A stretch of DNA of 63,825 nt, filler included, from Octopus bimaculoides (Eukaryota), in the NCBI RefSeq assembly GCF_001194135.2. It is 8 parts of 7 records of this genome, joined end to end, with 100 filler letters (N's around TTAATTAATTAA, not from the genome) between each part and the next. Parts side by side here need not be neighbours in the genome. Positions count along the whole stretch, not along the records: positions 1 to 16,167 come from NC_068986.1; positions 16,268 to 23,157 come from NC_069000.1; positions 23,258 to 27,437 come from NC_068990.1; positions 27,538 to 40,721 come from NC_068984.1; 4 more parts are not named here. One strand, given 5' to 3'. Under the pieces are notes generated by a model. That model saw only the letters and a program-made list of their open reading frames with translations, was not told the DNA's origin and ran no database searches. The position numbers and the translations under genes are program-made. The first letter of the stretch is position 1; every line of letters starts with the position of its first letter. This document shows, piece after piece, positions 15,093 to 27,748 of the stretch.

Positions 15093-15148
<56 letters not shown>

Positions 15149-15185
15149 CTATATATATATGTATGTATGTATGTATGGATTTATC

Positions 15186-15216
<31 letters not shown>

Positions 15217-15315
15217 CTATCTATATAATACTGGGTAAAATTAATCTAATAATTGATAATTTTACCAATTAGTTTGGTATGTTAAAAGAACCATTATCGG
15301 TAACCTTATACAAAC

Positions 15316-15465
15316 ATTCTATAATTATAAGCATAATTATAATTAGGGTTCAGCAAAATTGCTTCACCACATAGCGAAATTTAGAAATAGCAGTTAACTA
15401 TTTCTAAATTTCGGTAAAGCAATTCTGCTGAAACCTAATTATAATTAGGCTTATAATTATAGAAT
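15316..15465. repeat. Fold-back element, ~70-bp arms
   Basis: ATTCTATAATTATAAGC...CGAAATTTAGAAATAG / loop CAGTTAA / CTATTTCTAAATTTCG...GCTTATAATTATAGAAT. Confidence 0.9.
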
Positions 15466-15505
15466 TTTTTACTATCTACCTATATACATATGTACATATA
15501 CATAA

Positions 15506-15584
<79 letters not shown>

Positions 15585-15594
15585 NNNNNNNNNN

Positions 15595-15643
<49 letters not shown>

Positions 15644-15677
15644 TAGATAGATAGATACAGATATCGATAGTTATATC

Positions 15678-15715
<38 letters not shown>

Positions 15716-15926
15716 ACATGCGCTTGTACATACACCCGCACACACACTCACACACCCGTATGTAGATATGTATGTATGCATATATATAAATATATATATA
15801 CACACACACATATATGAATATGTCTGTTTATGTGTGTATCAGTCTATGTGTCTGTGTCTGTGTGTGAGAGAGTGAGAGAGAGAGAGAGATAGATAGATAG
15901 ATAGATATATATAGAGAGAGAGAGAT

Positions 15927-15967
<41 letters not shown>

Positions 15968-16112
15968 GACTCAGAGAGCGAGAGAGAGTTCTGCATGGTA
16001 ATGTGGTAGAGAATGTATATGTGTGCATATATATTGATATATACCGATCACTGCAAATAGTTTTTCACCCGTATATGCGTTAGGCAGACATATATAACTA
16101 ATAATACACGTG

Positions 16113-16167
<55 letters not shown>

Positions 16168-16267
16168 NNNNNNNNNNNNNNNNNNNNNNNNNNNNNNNNN
16201 NNNNNNNNNNNTTAATTAATTAANNNNNNNNNNNNNNNNNNNNNNNNNNNNNNNNNNNNNNNNNNNN
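16168..16267. other. Artificial scaffold join N44-TTAATTAATTAA-N44; linkers also at 23202, 27482, 40766, 51359, 59189 and 61917
   Basis: An identical 12-mer with stop codons in all six frames sits centred in ~100-bp N blocks seven times. Confidence 0.95.
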
Positions 16268-16540
16268 CATAACGATAGCCATGACGATGGTGATGACGAT
16301 GACTATAACGACAGCGACGAAGATGGTGATGACGATGACTATAACGATAGCCATGACGATGGTGATGACGATGACCATAACGACAGCGACGACGATGGTG
16401 ATGACGATGACTATAACGATAGCCATGACGATGGTGATGACGATGACCATAACGATAGCCATGACGATGGTGATGACGATGACTATAACGATAGCCATGA
16501 CGATGGTGATGACGATGACCATAACGATAGCGACGAAGAT
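16268..16540. repeat. 36-bp minisatellite built on ACG/ATG triplets, decaying to ~16680
   Basis: Unit CATGACGATGGTGATGACGATGACTATAACGATAGC repeated about 7 times with variants. Confidence 0.9.
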
Positions 16541-17293
16541 GGTGACATTTGCAGTTAGGACAGCGCTGACAACGATGATGACTGTAATGATGACAGCTAT
16601 CATAATGATAGCGACGACGATGATGACGACGATGGCGAAGACGACGGTGATCGCAACGATGTCGATAGCTGTGACGACACGACAACATCGCCTCACACCA
16701 CAAAAACAAAAAAAAAACAAATAAACAATAAACTATGCAGCGGCAACAAGCGACGAAGCGTGACGGGGGATGGCTTATCAACACCATGTAAGTAAGTATG
16801 CATTCGTAGCTGACAGCACCACTACGAGTTATCAAACGGATGTCTTTTAGAAACAGCAGCGACACCAAGTCTCCGTGCATAAGTGTGCGTATTATGGCAG
16901 CAGCAATGGAGAAAAATGATCACTACATGACAAATAACGAAGTGACGCACAAACATATCCGTCATCTTTATTGTTTTCTATTTATCCTTACGAAAAACAC
17001 AGGGCTCTTTGTCACACTTTATAATCGATATGCATAGAGACTGGTGTCGCCTGTTGTATATAATAAATATGCGTACAAAGTAGCTGTGTGAAATCTCGAT
17101 TGCAACACGCCAACTTGCACACAGATAACTTCCACTAATATACATATAAATATGAACATTTCTAGAATAAGTGAACTACCTGTCTATTTCTTTGTCTAAT
17201 TTTCTTTTTTTATTTAATTACACATTTGAAGTTATCTATGAAATTTATCAAATATTTAATTAGTATATATAATTACTATATATAATTTATATA

Positions 17294-18285
17294 TTAATTT
17301 GGAAGGAAAGTTCTGTCGTATTTCAAGAAACAAATGCTTCATCGGTCTTAATTGACAATATTTAAAATCAAGATGATATTTCTTCTCTTTATTGAGAACA
17401 TAATCACATCTATTTAGCAAATTGTTGATCCTTCGGGCGTAAAATTCTTCAGGTTTCGAAGTAACAAAAACTTAAATATCCTTTTTTGAACCACTTCAAA
17501 AATGATAAACTGTTTTACCTCCCAATAATGTTGCAATTCCTAAAAAGATGAAAGTCAGGTGGATCAAGGTCAGTAAAAATAAGGAAGATGATGAGGCAAA
17601 ACTTTACATGAGTGCCGGGGCTTAGCGATGTTTCGTCTGTCTTTACGTTCTAAGTTCAAATTCCGCCGAGGTCGACGTTACGTTTCATCCTTTCGGGGGT
17701 CGATAGATTAAGTACTTGAGTGATTTGGGCACTTTCTGATCTTGCGTTGTCGTATAAGAGTAACATCCATTTACGATTAACAAATAACTATTGCTTTTCC
17801 TGCAAATTTCTGTAAAATGTTTTCCGATTGACGACAAATATTCTCCGCATTAACTATTTCGTTTTGGCTTAACAGTTCATCACAGAAAACACTCTCTATA
17901 TTCCAATCAAACGAAGAGAATAACATTTTTTTAGGTGTAGTCCAGGTTTGGGGATGGATTTTCCGTTTCCATTGGTTGCTAACTATTACCGTTTTAGTTG
18001 GATATAATTATGGAGACCCCACTTTTCATCACCTCTGATGATTCAACACAAGGAAAGTTCAGTAGCCAATCTTCTCTTCAATGCCGAGAAAACAACAACT
18101 CTTTGATTAAGCTTAGAAGCAGTCAGATGACAAGGAACTTGCTGACCAAGATTAGACAGGTTTCCTACTTTCCGAAGATGTTTTATGTCGAACTGTGATT
18201 TAAATTGTTGCTAAATCTCGATCAATCTGCTTTGGGTTTTCCCCAGCTTCGATTTTCTGAAACTCGATATATTGACAAAACTTAG
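17294..18285 (-). mobile_element. mariner (DD34D-type) transposase remnant, interrupted by a SINE at ~17610-17718
   Basis: Minus-strand fragments LGQQVP, PKPGLHPKKML, ELL..NEIVNA, PPDFHL, SKPEEFY..INNL. TIR-like end TA|TTAATTTGGAAGGAAAGTTCTGTCG at 17292. Confidence 0.75.
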
Positions 18286-18288
18286 TCA

Positions 18289-18680
18289 ACGTAAACACAC
18301 CAACACCGGTTGTCAAACGGTGATGGAGGACAAACACACCACACACACACACATATATACATGATTGACATTATTGACCGCTAAATCCACAAAATTTTTT
18401 TTTTATTCACTCTCTGATTATTTCCTCGTGTTCATTTCAGTTGAGGAGCGTATGCTCGAAACGTAAAAGACTTTCTCACCTCCCCGAGCGTCAAACTATT
18501 ACAACTGCTTGTTGTTTATACACCTGTCTTCCTTTCAGTTTCCGTGAACCAAATCCACTGTGAAGGTTTTTGGTCGGCCCGAGGCTATAGTAGAAGACAC
18601 TCGCCCAAGGTGTCACGCAGTGGGACTGAACCCGGAACCATGTGGTTGGGAAGCAAGCTTGTTACCACACAGCCACGCCT
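18289..18680 (-). mobile_element. SINE family A copy carrying a ~170-bp foreign insert (~18365-18535)
   Basis: Colinear with 30260-30517 on both sides of the insert. Confidence 0.8.
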
Positions 18681-18953
18681 ATACATTAGCTTTTAAATAT
18701 TTTCTTCTAAACTGCTTTTATAATTTTTTTCTATTCTTTTTTTTTCATGATTTTGATGTTTCGTAAATGTATTGTCTGTGTTACATCTCATAACTACGAG
18801 AACGCGTCTAAGGTTTCTTTGTGTAAATAACATTTTTGTTCTCAAATCACTGGCCCACCTTCGTTTAGGCTGTTTAATTGTCTCGCTTCCGTTCTTTGCA
18901 ATGAGTTAGCAAGGTGTTTGCTGACACATACATCAAGCAATGTACGTACGTAC

Positions 18954-18984
<31 letters not shown>

Positions 18985-19024
18985 TGTATGTATGTATGTA
19001 TGTATGTGTCTTTTTGTTTTTTCT

Positions 19025-19400
19025 TCTATAGGCATGAGAATGTGGTTGAAAAACTCGCTTTGAACCACGTGATTTCATGTTCAGTGTGCCACTGCGCGGC
19101 ACCCTGCGCGGCACCCTGCGCGGCACCCTGCGCGGTACCCTGCGCGGCACCCCGCGCTCACTCATGCTTTGTGAGTGAGTTTGATAGACGGAAATTATAT
19201 ATTCTTTTATTCTTTCATTTGTTTCAGTCATTTGACGGCGACCATGCTGGAGCACCGCCTTTAGTCGAATCAAATCAATTCCAGGACTTATTCTATGGGC
19301 CGCCTTTGCCGAACCGCTAAGTTACGTGGGCGTAAACGCACCAACATCGGTTGTCAAGTGATGGTGGGGGAGGACAAACACAGAAATACAAACCTACACA
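19025..19400. mobile_element. SINE family A head (+) with a 12-bp tandem repeat, abutting the tail of a minus-strand copy
   Basis: Degenerate head 19025-19095, (CTGCGCGGCACC)n 19092-19151, reverse copy from ~19200. Confidence 0.65.
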
Positions 19401-19909
19401 CACACACACATATGTATATATATATACATACATATATATATANNNNNNNNNNNNNNNNNNNNNNNNNNNNNNNNNNNNNNNNNNNNNNNNNNNNNNNNNN
19501 NNNNNNNNNNNNNNNNNNNNNNNNNNNNNNNNNNNNNNNNNNNNNNNNNNNNNNNNNNNNNNNNNNNNNNNNNNNNNNNNNNNNNNNNNNNNNNNNNNNN
19601 NNNNNNNNNNNNNNNNNNNNNNNNNNNNNNNNNNNNNNNNNNNNNNNNNNNNNNNNNNNNNNNNNNNNNNNNNNNNNNNNNNNNNNNNNNNNNNNNNNNN
19701 NNNNNNNNNNNNNNNNNNNNNNNNNNNNNNNNNNNNNNNNNNNNNNNNNNNNNNNNNNNNNNNNNNNNNNNNNNNNNNNNNNNNNNNNNNNNNNNNNNNN
19801 NNNNNNNNNNNNNNNNNNNNNNNNNNNNNNNNNNNNNNNNNNNNNNNNNNNNNNNNNNNNNNNNNNNNNNNNNNNNNNNNNNNNNNNNNNNNNNNNNNNN
19901 NNNNNNNNN

Positions 19910-19960
<51 letters not shown>

Positions 19961-20795
19961 TTAATATTTCCGAACCACATATAACAATATTACGAACCAC
20001 ATACAGCAACATTACATCTTTTGTTGTTGTACAGGATTGCTCTATCTTTAATACTTTTCATATCAACCACACCAGAGACTGCTTCTCTTACTCTGATATA
20101 AATTCTCACATTTTAAACGTTTGTAAAGCTTTCTCCGTTATCATTTCATATGAAAATAATCATTCTTTGTATTTCAAACGCCAACAAATTATTAAAGAGT
20201 TATTCAATTTACTAAGTTCATACAAATTCTTGATTATTTTAAAAATAAATCAAGACGTGTATTCATTGGAATTATGGTCATGAAATTGTTAAAGGAGCGT
20301 TCTGCATTCTGCTAGTGGCGTTTCTTTGGTTTGATCAATAGAACAATTCTTCCTACGATTGGCTTTGAAGGTAGTTTTGACAACAATGTTATCATCCGTG
20401 GGAAGGTAGGATTTTTCGGTCAGCTGCTAGTGACGAGGGCGTTATCATCTACGCTATGATACAATCTTTTACAACGTTGAAGTTCAGACAAATCTATTAT
20501 TTAGCTAGCTTGGATTTTTGAATTGTAAAAGCGAATCTTTGACGGTGCGATGTAGTCCTGTCAATGTTGTTGTTCTTCTTATGAGATAGGGGATAGGTAA
20601 CCATGCTTCAGCTCCTAATGATACGCTGACAGAGTTTCTCCCTCAAGTTTCTAATTAAGTAGATTACACACAGACACACAGACACACTCACATACACGCA
20701 CAAACACACACATATATATTTATACGAGTGAGTAGACAAACAGAAGAAGGGCACTCAACAAATTTATTGGGAGTTACATGTATGGATCAAAACAA

Positions 20796-20900
20796 TTTGA
20801 TTTAGACTCCTTGGTACTCTGAATTTCAAGCGTGACGTCTCTAATGGCTGAAGATTAGCGTCACGCTAGAAAATCAGAGTACCAAGAAGTTCGGATCAAA
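20796..20900. repeat. Fold-back element, ~42-bp imperfect arms
   Basis: TTTGAT..CTTGGTACTCTGA.TTTC.AGCGTGACG / CGTCACGCT.GAAA.TCAGAGTACCAAG..ATCAAA. Confidence 0.85.
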
Positions 20901-21239
20901 GTGTTATCATCCATATATATATATATATATATANNNNNNNNNNNNNNNNNNNNNNNNNNNNNNNNNNNNNNNNNNNNNNNNNNNNNNNNNNNNNNNNNNN
21001 NNNNNNNNNNNNNNNNNNNNNNNNNNNNNNNNNNNNNNNNNNNNNNNNNNNNNNNNNNNNNNNNNNNNNNNNNNNNNNNNNNNNNNNNNNNNNNNNATAT
21101 ATATATTAATAAATCTCAGGGTAGCAAAAAAAGTTTTAGAAAGTTTATTTGCTACCAGTGTTCTAGCGAGAAGAAAAAAAAAACTAGTCCATAGACTATA
21201 TATTATTCATATAAATACAGTGTACATTTAAAACACATC

Positions 21240-21362
21240 AGAGAGATGTCCATAATAGGACATCTAACCCGCTAGAAGGAGCAGTCAAAACTCCAAACCA
21301 CAATTAGGGAGTTTTGACTGCTCCTTCTAGCGGGTTAGATGCCCTATTATGGACATCTCTCT
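21240..21362. repeat. Near-perfect palindrome: 55-bp arms, 1 mismatch, 13-nt loop
   Basis: AGAGAGATGTCCATAATAGGACATCTAACCCGCTAGAAGGAGCAGTCAAAACTCC and its reverse complement. Confidence 0.95.
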
Positions 21363-21662
21363 TATTTTGTGGCCAGCCAACCTGTGGTAGGCATTCTGCT
21401 GAAACGCCACTGAAGCGATATGAAGACTGCCTGAAGCAAAATAAAATTCAAACACTGTGTCATATAAGCAAAACTGTGACTTCCTTCATAAATTCAGCAA
21501 TTGGTCGTGGTTGCTGCAGAATTCTGTATTTAGGGCACTGAAATCTTCCAAGAACCTGGTATGAATCGCTTACATATAAATAAATAAATAGATAAATAAA
21601 CGAAGCGGAAGGCCTGCACAAAAGATCCAACTTGATTACATGACTACAAATATTTACTTTAT

Positions 21663-21747
<85 letters not shown>

Positions 21748-22037
21748 ATGTATGTACATATGTATGTATGTGTATATTCGAGTATATGTATGTATGCATA
21801 CGTATATTTTAATTTTTATGCATATAAGATTTTTTAAATTATTCCATTTTACTATTAAAAAAAAAATTTTTTTATTATTCTTTTATTTATTATGTGTTTA
21901 ATTAATTTTCTTTGCGTTGCACTATTATAGTTGTACTACAGCTTATACGAGCTTGATAGCTAAACACACACATACAAGACATACACGCGCGCGGACACAG
22001 ACACACGCAAACTCATATGGCTGTTAAGACTATAGAA

Positions 22038-22380
22038 CAGAAATTCTCAACCGGGGTCCGTATCGCCCCTGAGTGTTCATACAAGATGTCTAGGGATCCA
22101 CGCAACAAAATAGTAAATTAGAGATGTTCAGCAGTATTTTAAGGGCCAAAAAAAAAACATTTTGCTTTAGACTTATTTATTACAAGAAACAGCCAGGTTT
22201 CTTTCTTTTACATTTTACGAAGTTCAACCAGCACAAGTGAATGTGTGAAAAAGAAAATAGGAATTTTGAAAGAAGTTTGTATAAAACTAGTTTTTAAACA
22301 TCAATTGGCTTGTGTGGGTCCACCAGAATGAAATAGACTTTCAAAGGGGTCCATAGATTAAAAGTGGTTGAGAACCCCTG
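22038..22380. mobile_element. hAT/Charlie-like MITE
   Basis: TIRs CAGAAATTCTCAACC and GGTTGAGAACCCCTG (12/15 match), with subterminal GGGGTCC motifs. An 8-bp TSD is not cleanly preserved. Confidence 0.7.
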
Positions 22381-22504
22381 CTTCTATATTTTCTCTATAG
22401 CTTGAATAGTATGGAAGGTATAGTAAAAATATACAACATGAATCAGGAAATTTCTGTTGTGACTGCTTGTGCGTACAAACAGTCAAGACAGACACACAGA
22501 CGCA

Positions 22505-22586
<82 letters not shown>

Positions 22587-22822
22587 TAAACTGACAAAAA
22601 TACGCACTCACACATATGTATACATATATACATACACTGACAAAAACACACGCGCATTCACGCACACTCACACATACATAGAAAGACTCTCTTATACATA
22701 GACACACAGACACACACACGCAAAGTCTCTCTCTCTCTCTCTTTCGCTCTCTCTCTCGCTCTCTCTCTCTCGCTTTCATACACACACACATACAAACAGA
22801 CATACAGACAGATAGATAAGCG

Positions 22823-22881
<59 letters not shown>

Positions 22882-23257
22882 GGACATGAAAATAATATAA
22901 CAAAATTACACACAGATCGAAGTTGTTAAAGATTCCTTCTTTATGAACACAGACACACAGACACACACTCACACAAATGCATGGCTGTATGTATGTGTGT
23001 ATGTGAGTGTGTGTGTTTGTTTGTTTTTGCCTCACCACGTCTTGACAAAGTGTGTTGGTTTGTTTACGTCTCCGTACCTTAGTGGCTTGACAACCGATTG
23101 AATAAGCAACAGATTTAAAAGAAACCAAGAACTTGTGTTGATTCAAATATATATATANNNNNNNNNNNNNNNNNNNNNNNNNNNNNNNNNNNNNNNNNNN
23201 NTTAATTAATTAANNNNNNNNNNNNNNNNNNNNNNNNNNNNNNNNNNNNNNNNNNNN

Positions 23258-23302
<45 letters not shown>

Positions 23303-24654
23303 TGCACATTGATACACACACAGTGTCACAAACATATTGGGATTGCCTTCCGCATATGAAATGAAAGCACGCATGTGTGATGCAACTGTGCTTGTATGCG
23401 TCGCTACAACTCCGTAAGTGTATCTACCTGTGCGTGTGTACGCGTGCGTTTCATGTATGAAGAAGAGGGAGAAAGAGAAGACTGCGCTATTTAGCATGCG
23501 TAACATGCTTTTTCCCATTCATAATATGTTGACATTTTGCAAAAAAAACCAACTATTTACATTCATGACACTGTCAATTATATTTAATGTATCTGCTTAA
23601 AGCTAGATAGTTTATCCAATACATTGCCTTCTGCGGAATATTCCATTTGTGGCAGTGGCGGAAATGATACAGTTTCCACTTTATGCATCATGCCATGTTT
23701 TTTTTTTGTCTCCCATAATTTAAGTTCAATATATGGAAGGCCAAATCATTTTTTGTCTTTATGTCGCAACCACTTATTCCATGTCCAGTAAAATATCTCA
23801 TAAGTTATAGAATCTCTTCCTACGCCAAAAACACATATACTTTCTCAAACTATTTCTATCTCTGTAGGTCTTTCTTTTATTATGTCTGTCTGTATGTCTG
23901 TATGTCTGTATGTCTGACCGTCCGTCTGTCTATCCGTCTATCCGTCTATCCGTCTGTCTGTCTGTTTATCTCTTTCTCTCTCTCTCTGTCTCTTATATAT
24001 ATATGCATGTGTATATATATATATATATATATATNNNNNNNNNNNNNNNNNNNNNNNNNNNNNNNNNNNNNNNNNNNNNNNNNNNNNNNNNNNNNNNNNN
24101 NNNNNNNNNNNNNNNNNNNNNNNNNNNNNNNNNNNNNNNNNNNNNNNNNNNNNNNNNNNNNNNNNNNNNNNNNNNNNNNNNNNNNNNNNNNNNNNNNNNN
24201 NNNNNNNNNNNNNNNNNNNNNNNNNNNNNNNNNNNNNNNNNNNNNNNNNNNNNNNNNNNNNNNNNNNNNNNNNNNNNNNNNNNNNNNNNNNNNNNNNNNN
24301 NNNNNNNNNNNNNNNNNNNNNNNNNNNNNNNNNNNNNNNNNNNNNNNNNNNNNNNNNNNNNNNNNNNNNNNNNNNNNNNNNNNNNNNNNNNNNNNNNNNN
24401 NNNNNNATATATATATATATATACGTGTGAGTGTGTAGATATTATATTATATGTGTGTGTGTATATTATATTATATGTGTGTGTGTATATGTGCGTGTGT
24501 GTGTGTTTATGCCTGTTTGCATATGAAATTGCATGGCTCAGTACATTAAGTATTGGGTTTACGATCGCGTGGTTGTTAGTTTTTATCCGTCATGTTGTGA
24601 AATATCAATTTTAAATACACGTTCAGGGGTTCATAGTAATCCTCTTCTAGATGA

Positions 24655-24930
24655 AAACTACTATCAGATATAATCGACTTAATCCGTTTGTCTGTCTTTG
24701 TGTGTCCCCTCTATGTTTAGCCTCTTGTGGGCAAATAAAGATTTAAGAAACGTTAGCACACCGAGCGAAATGCTTACCGGTATTTCGTGTCTTTACATTC
24801 TGAGTTCAAATTGCCTTTCATCCTTTCGGGGTTGATAAATTAAGTACTTGTTGCATATTGGGTTCGATCTAATCGACTGTCCCCCTCCCCTAAAATGTCG
24901 GGTTTTATGCCTAGCGTAGAAAAGGATATG
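24655..24930 (+). mobile_element. SINE family B: tail of one unit followed by a second unit
   Basis: ...ATGTTTAGCCTCTTGTGGGCAAATAAAG..AAACGTTAGCACACCGAGCGAAATGC...TTTCATCCTTTCGGGG. Confidence 0.75.
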
Positions 24931-26827
24931 TTGCTTTTCATATAGCGTTTGACCTATGTTGAACAGGTGTACAAGCAATCACTATATAGAGATCTACATA
25001 ATTTCCAAAGACTGCATAACCACCTGTAAAAAGCGTTTGCTAACTAAGTCATTCTCAGTTACAATTATACCTCCCTTGCGATGACAGAGTTTATTACGAG
25101 ATCTTCGATGCTGTCCAGGTGAACAAATTTAGTCGTAGTCGTATTTACGAAAGACAATGAAATTTTCCTAATATAAAAATTTAGCTGGTCAGTCTAGACA
25201 TATACTAGAATTTAAAGTGGAAGTTAGCTTACAAAATTTGCCCAAATCTATGTCATACTAAATATCGACAGTATCAGATATATATTGTAATTCTTAGAAG
25301 TATAAAAGTAAAAGCAGTGCACCTTAATGTGTGTGGTTACTCCGAATTAAAAATGAATATATAATGGTTATTGTAATAATTTAACTGATATGCGTTAACA
25401 TCTTGATTGATACTATATAAACTTTCAAGCTGACATCATTTTTACCAGCACTGACATCTGTGTAGATGCATGGTTAATTATTTAATCTTGCATTGAGAAC
25501 AAGAGTAAAAAGTACAATCTTTGCATCCGTTTACATCGATGCAAAAATATATTTTACAAACTACGAAACCTCATTACATTTTGCGTATATTTTGTGACTA
25601 TTTTCTAGACTGAAAATTTTGGATAGGGGGAGTGGCCTATCGACCCCAGCATTGAACTGCAACTTATTTTATGGGCACCAAAAGAGATTAAAGTCAAAGG
25701 AAGCCTTAGCCAAATTCGAACATTGAAATTAAAGATAGACGAAATAGCGCTAAGTGTTTTGTTCACAGTGCTAACAATTCTGCGAGCTCGCTATTCTAGT
25801 AATGAGGATTATATTCTAAGCTAATTTTGTCGTATTATCATACAACGCCGAACAGATATCTGCTGGCTTCACTTTGATTCAAAATATCATTAAATGATTG
25901 CAAGCAGTGGAGTTGCTGCGGAAAAACTGTACTGTTTACATACAACTCCTTATGGCACACTTGATATTTCGTTTCTCGAATGACTTAATTCATATGTAGT
26001 TGATGACTTCAAATCAGCTCTGTCAGTAAAGAAACGAATGCTTATTTACAATTGTACGTTGCTCACGTTCTTTTTTTCTCCATCGTCCATCCTTCTCTTC
26101 CTCGCTTTCTTCATTTCCTCCTCTGCCTTCTGTTACTGCTTATTCTCTTCCCCTTACTTCTTTTCTTCCTCCTTTATATTATTTCTCAGCTCCCTATGCT
26201 ACGTAATATTGATATTTCAGAAATGCACAACCTGATATTCATAAGATATTTTACCTTTCGTAATGGGCTTCTGTACAGAAGCATAAACAGCAAAGATACT
26301 TCTAAAAGAAATTGCATTCAGCATATCTTCGTGAACGTCTATTTTTTTTTTTTTTTATTTCGTTAGCATATATTTATTTGCATGCCTAGAGTAATGTTCT
26401 GCGAAAAGGCTTACAGCGAAGAGGTACGATAAACCTGAGATTACAGTACTTATCTACTACGGACTTCTTCATAAATCTAAACATTACTGATGCTGTGTTA
26501 TTATTAAAACCTTAGGGAAAACGAACGTGATGGATGCTTAACACTTTTCTACTACACACACACATTTGTCCTGTGCACGCACTCAAAAGGACGCAGGTAT
26601 GCGCAAAAGAATGCATTAGTATGTATACCCATTATCCGCAACTTTCTAATATCAAATCTTTCCCTGTTAGATAGTTCCTTCAAAGTATTCTCACAGTTGA
26701 AATATTGTAGCAATGAGGACCATAATTCCATATTTCAAACTCCAAACTGTGACCTGGTGCTGCAGTTATTAATTATGATGATAATGGTGAGGAGGATGCT
26801 GTTGCTGCAATAATAATAATAATAATG

Positions 26828-26876
<49 letters not shown>

Positions 26877-26887
26877 TAATAGCAACA

Positions 26888-27104
26888 ATAACCCTTTCTA
26901 CTATAGGTATAACGCCTAAAAGTTGGGGGAGGAGACACGTCGATTTCATCGTCCCCAGTGCGTAAATGCTACTTATTTAATCGACCCCGAAAGGATGAGA
27001 GGTAAAGTCGACCGAGGTGAAGATTGATCTCAGAACGTAGCGGTAGATGAAATACCGCAAAGCATTTCGCCTGCCATGCAAACAATTCTGACAGCTCACC
27101 ACCT
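26888..27104 (-). mobile_element. SINE family B reverse copy
   Basis: ATCGACCCCGAAAGGATGA..GTCGAC...ATTCTGACAGCTCACCACCTT. Other reverse copies at ~25610-25792 and ~63285-63509; forward copies at ~17610-17718 and ~57855-57975. Confidence 0.8.
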
Positions 27105-27112
27105 TAATAATA

Positions 27113-27176
<64 letters not shown>

Positions 27177-27182
27177 CAACAA

Positions 27183-27437
27183 CCACAAAAAAGGACCATT
27201 AAAACAACGAACTTAGCACCTGAGCAACTCTGGGCCCCTATAACAACTGAAGAGGTCACCCAGACACTGCAAAAACTAAGCAACTGGAAGGCACCTGGAC
27301 ACGACAAGATCCCCAATTTCTGGTTAAAACACCTGCCAGCAATGCATAAAAAGCTGGCAGAAAACTTTAACAACATAATAGCAGATCCAGAGACAATGCC
27401 TGAATGGCTCACAAAAGGGAAAACCACCTTAATCCCC
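27183..27437 (+). mobile_element. 5'-truncated R4/Dong-like LINE, N-terminal RT region, running into a scaffold gap
   Basis: Stop-free frame ITTEEVTQTLQKLSNWKAPGHDKIPNFWLKHLPAMHKKLAENFNNIIADPETMPEWLTKGKTTLIP, starting directly after (AAT)n(AAC)n. Confidence 0.85.
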
Positions 27438-27559
27438 NNNNNNNNNNNNNNNNNNNNNNNNNNNNNNNNNNNNNNNNNNNNTTAATTAATTAANNNNNNN
27501 NNNNNNNNNNNNNNNNNNNNNNNNNNNNNNNNNNNNNGTGTGTGTGTGTATGCGTTTAT

Positions 27560-27748
27560 TTTCTGTTTTTTTCGCGTCTGATAACTGCTGCTGGTTTGTT
27601 TACGCCCCTATAACTTACTGGTTCATCAAATAAAACCGACAGAACAAGTAACAGGTTTAACAGTTAGGTACTGGGATCAATGAGGTCGATTAAACCCTTC
27701 AAGACGCTGCCCCAGCATGGCCGCAGTCCAATGACTGAAACAAATACA
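27560..27748 (+). mobile_element. SINE family A 3' half
   Basis: ...GCTGCCCCAGCATGGCCGCAGTCCAATGACTGAAACAA tail. Similar fragments at ~23020-23140, ~28790-28985, ~39358-39400, ~40915-41035, ~60640-60745 and ~61385-61505. Confidence 0.7.

Noticed and set aside
16268-16540. CRISPR-like array (36-bp period)
   Set aside because: Units are contiguous with no unique spacers, the DNA is eukaryotic, and no cas genes are present.
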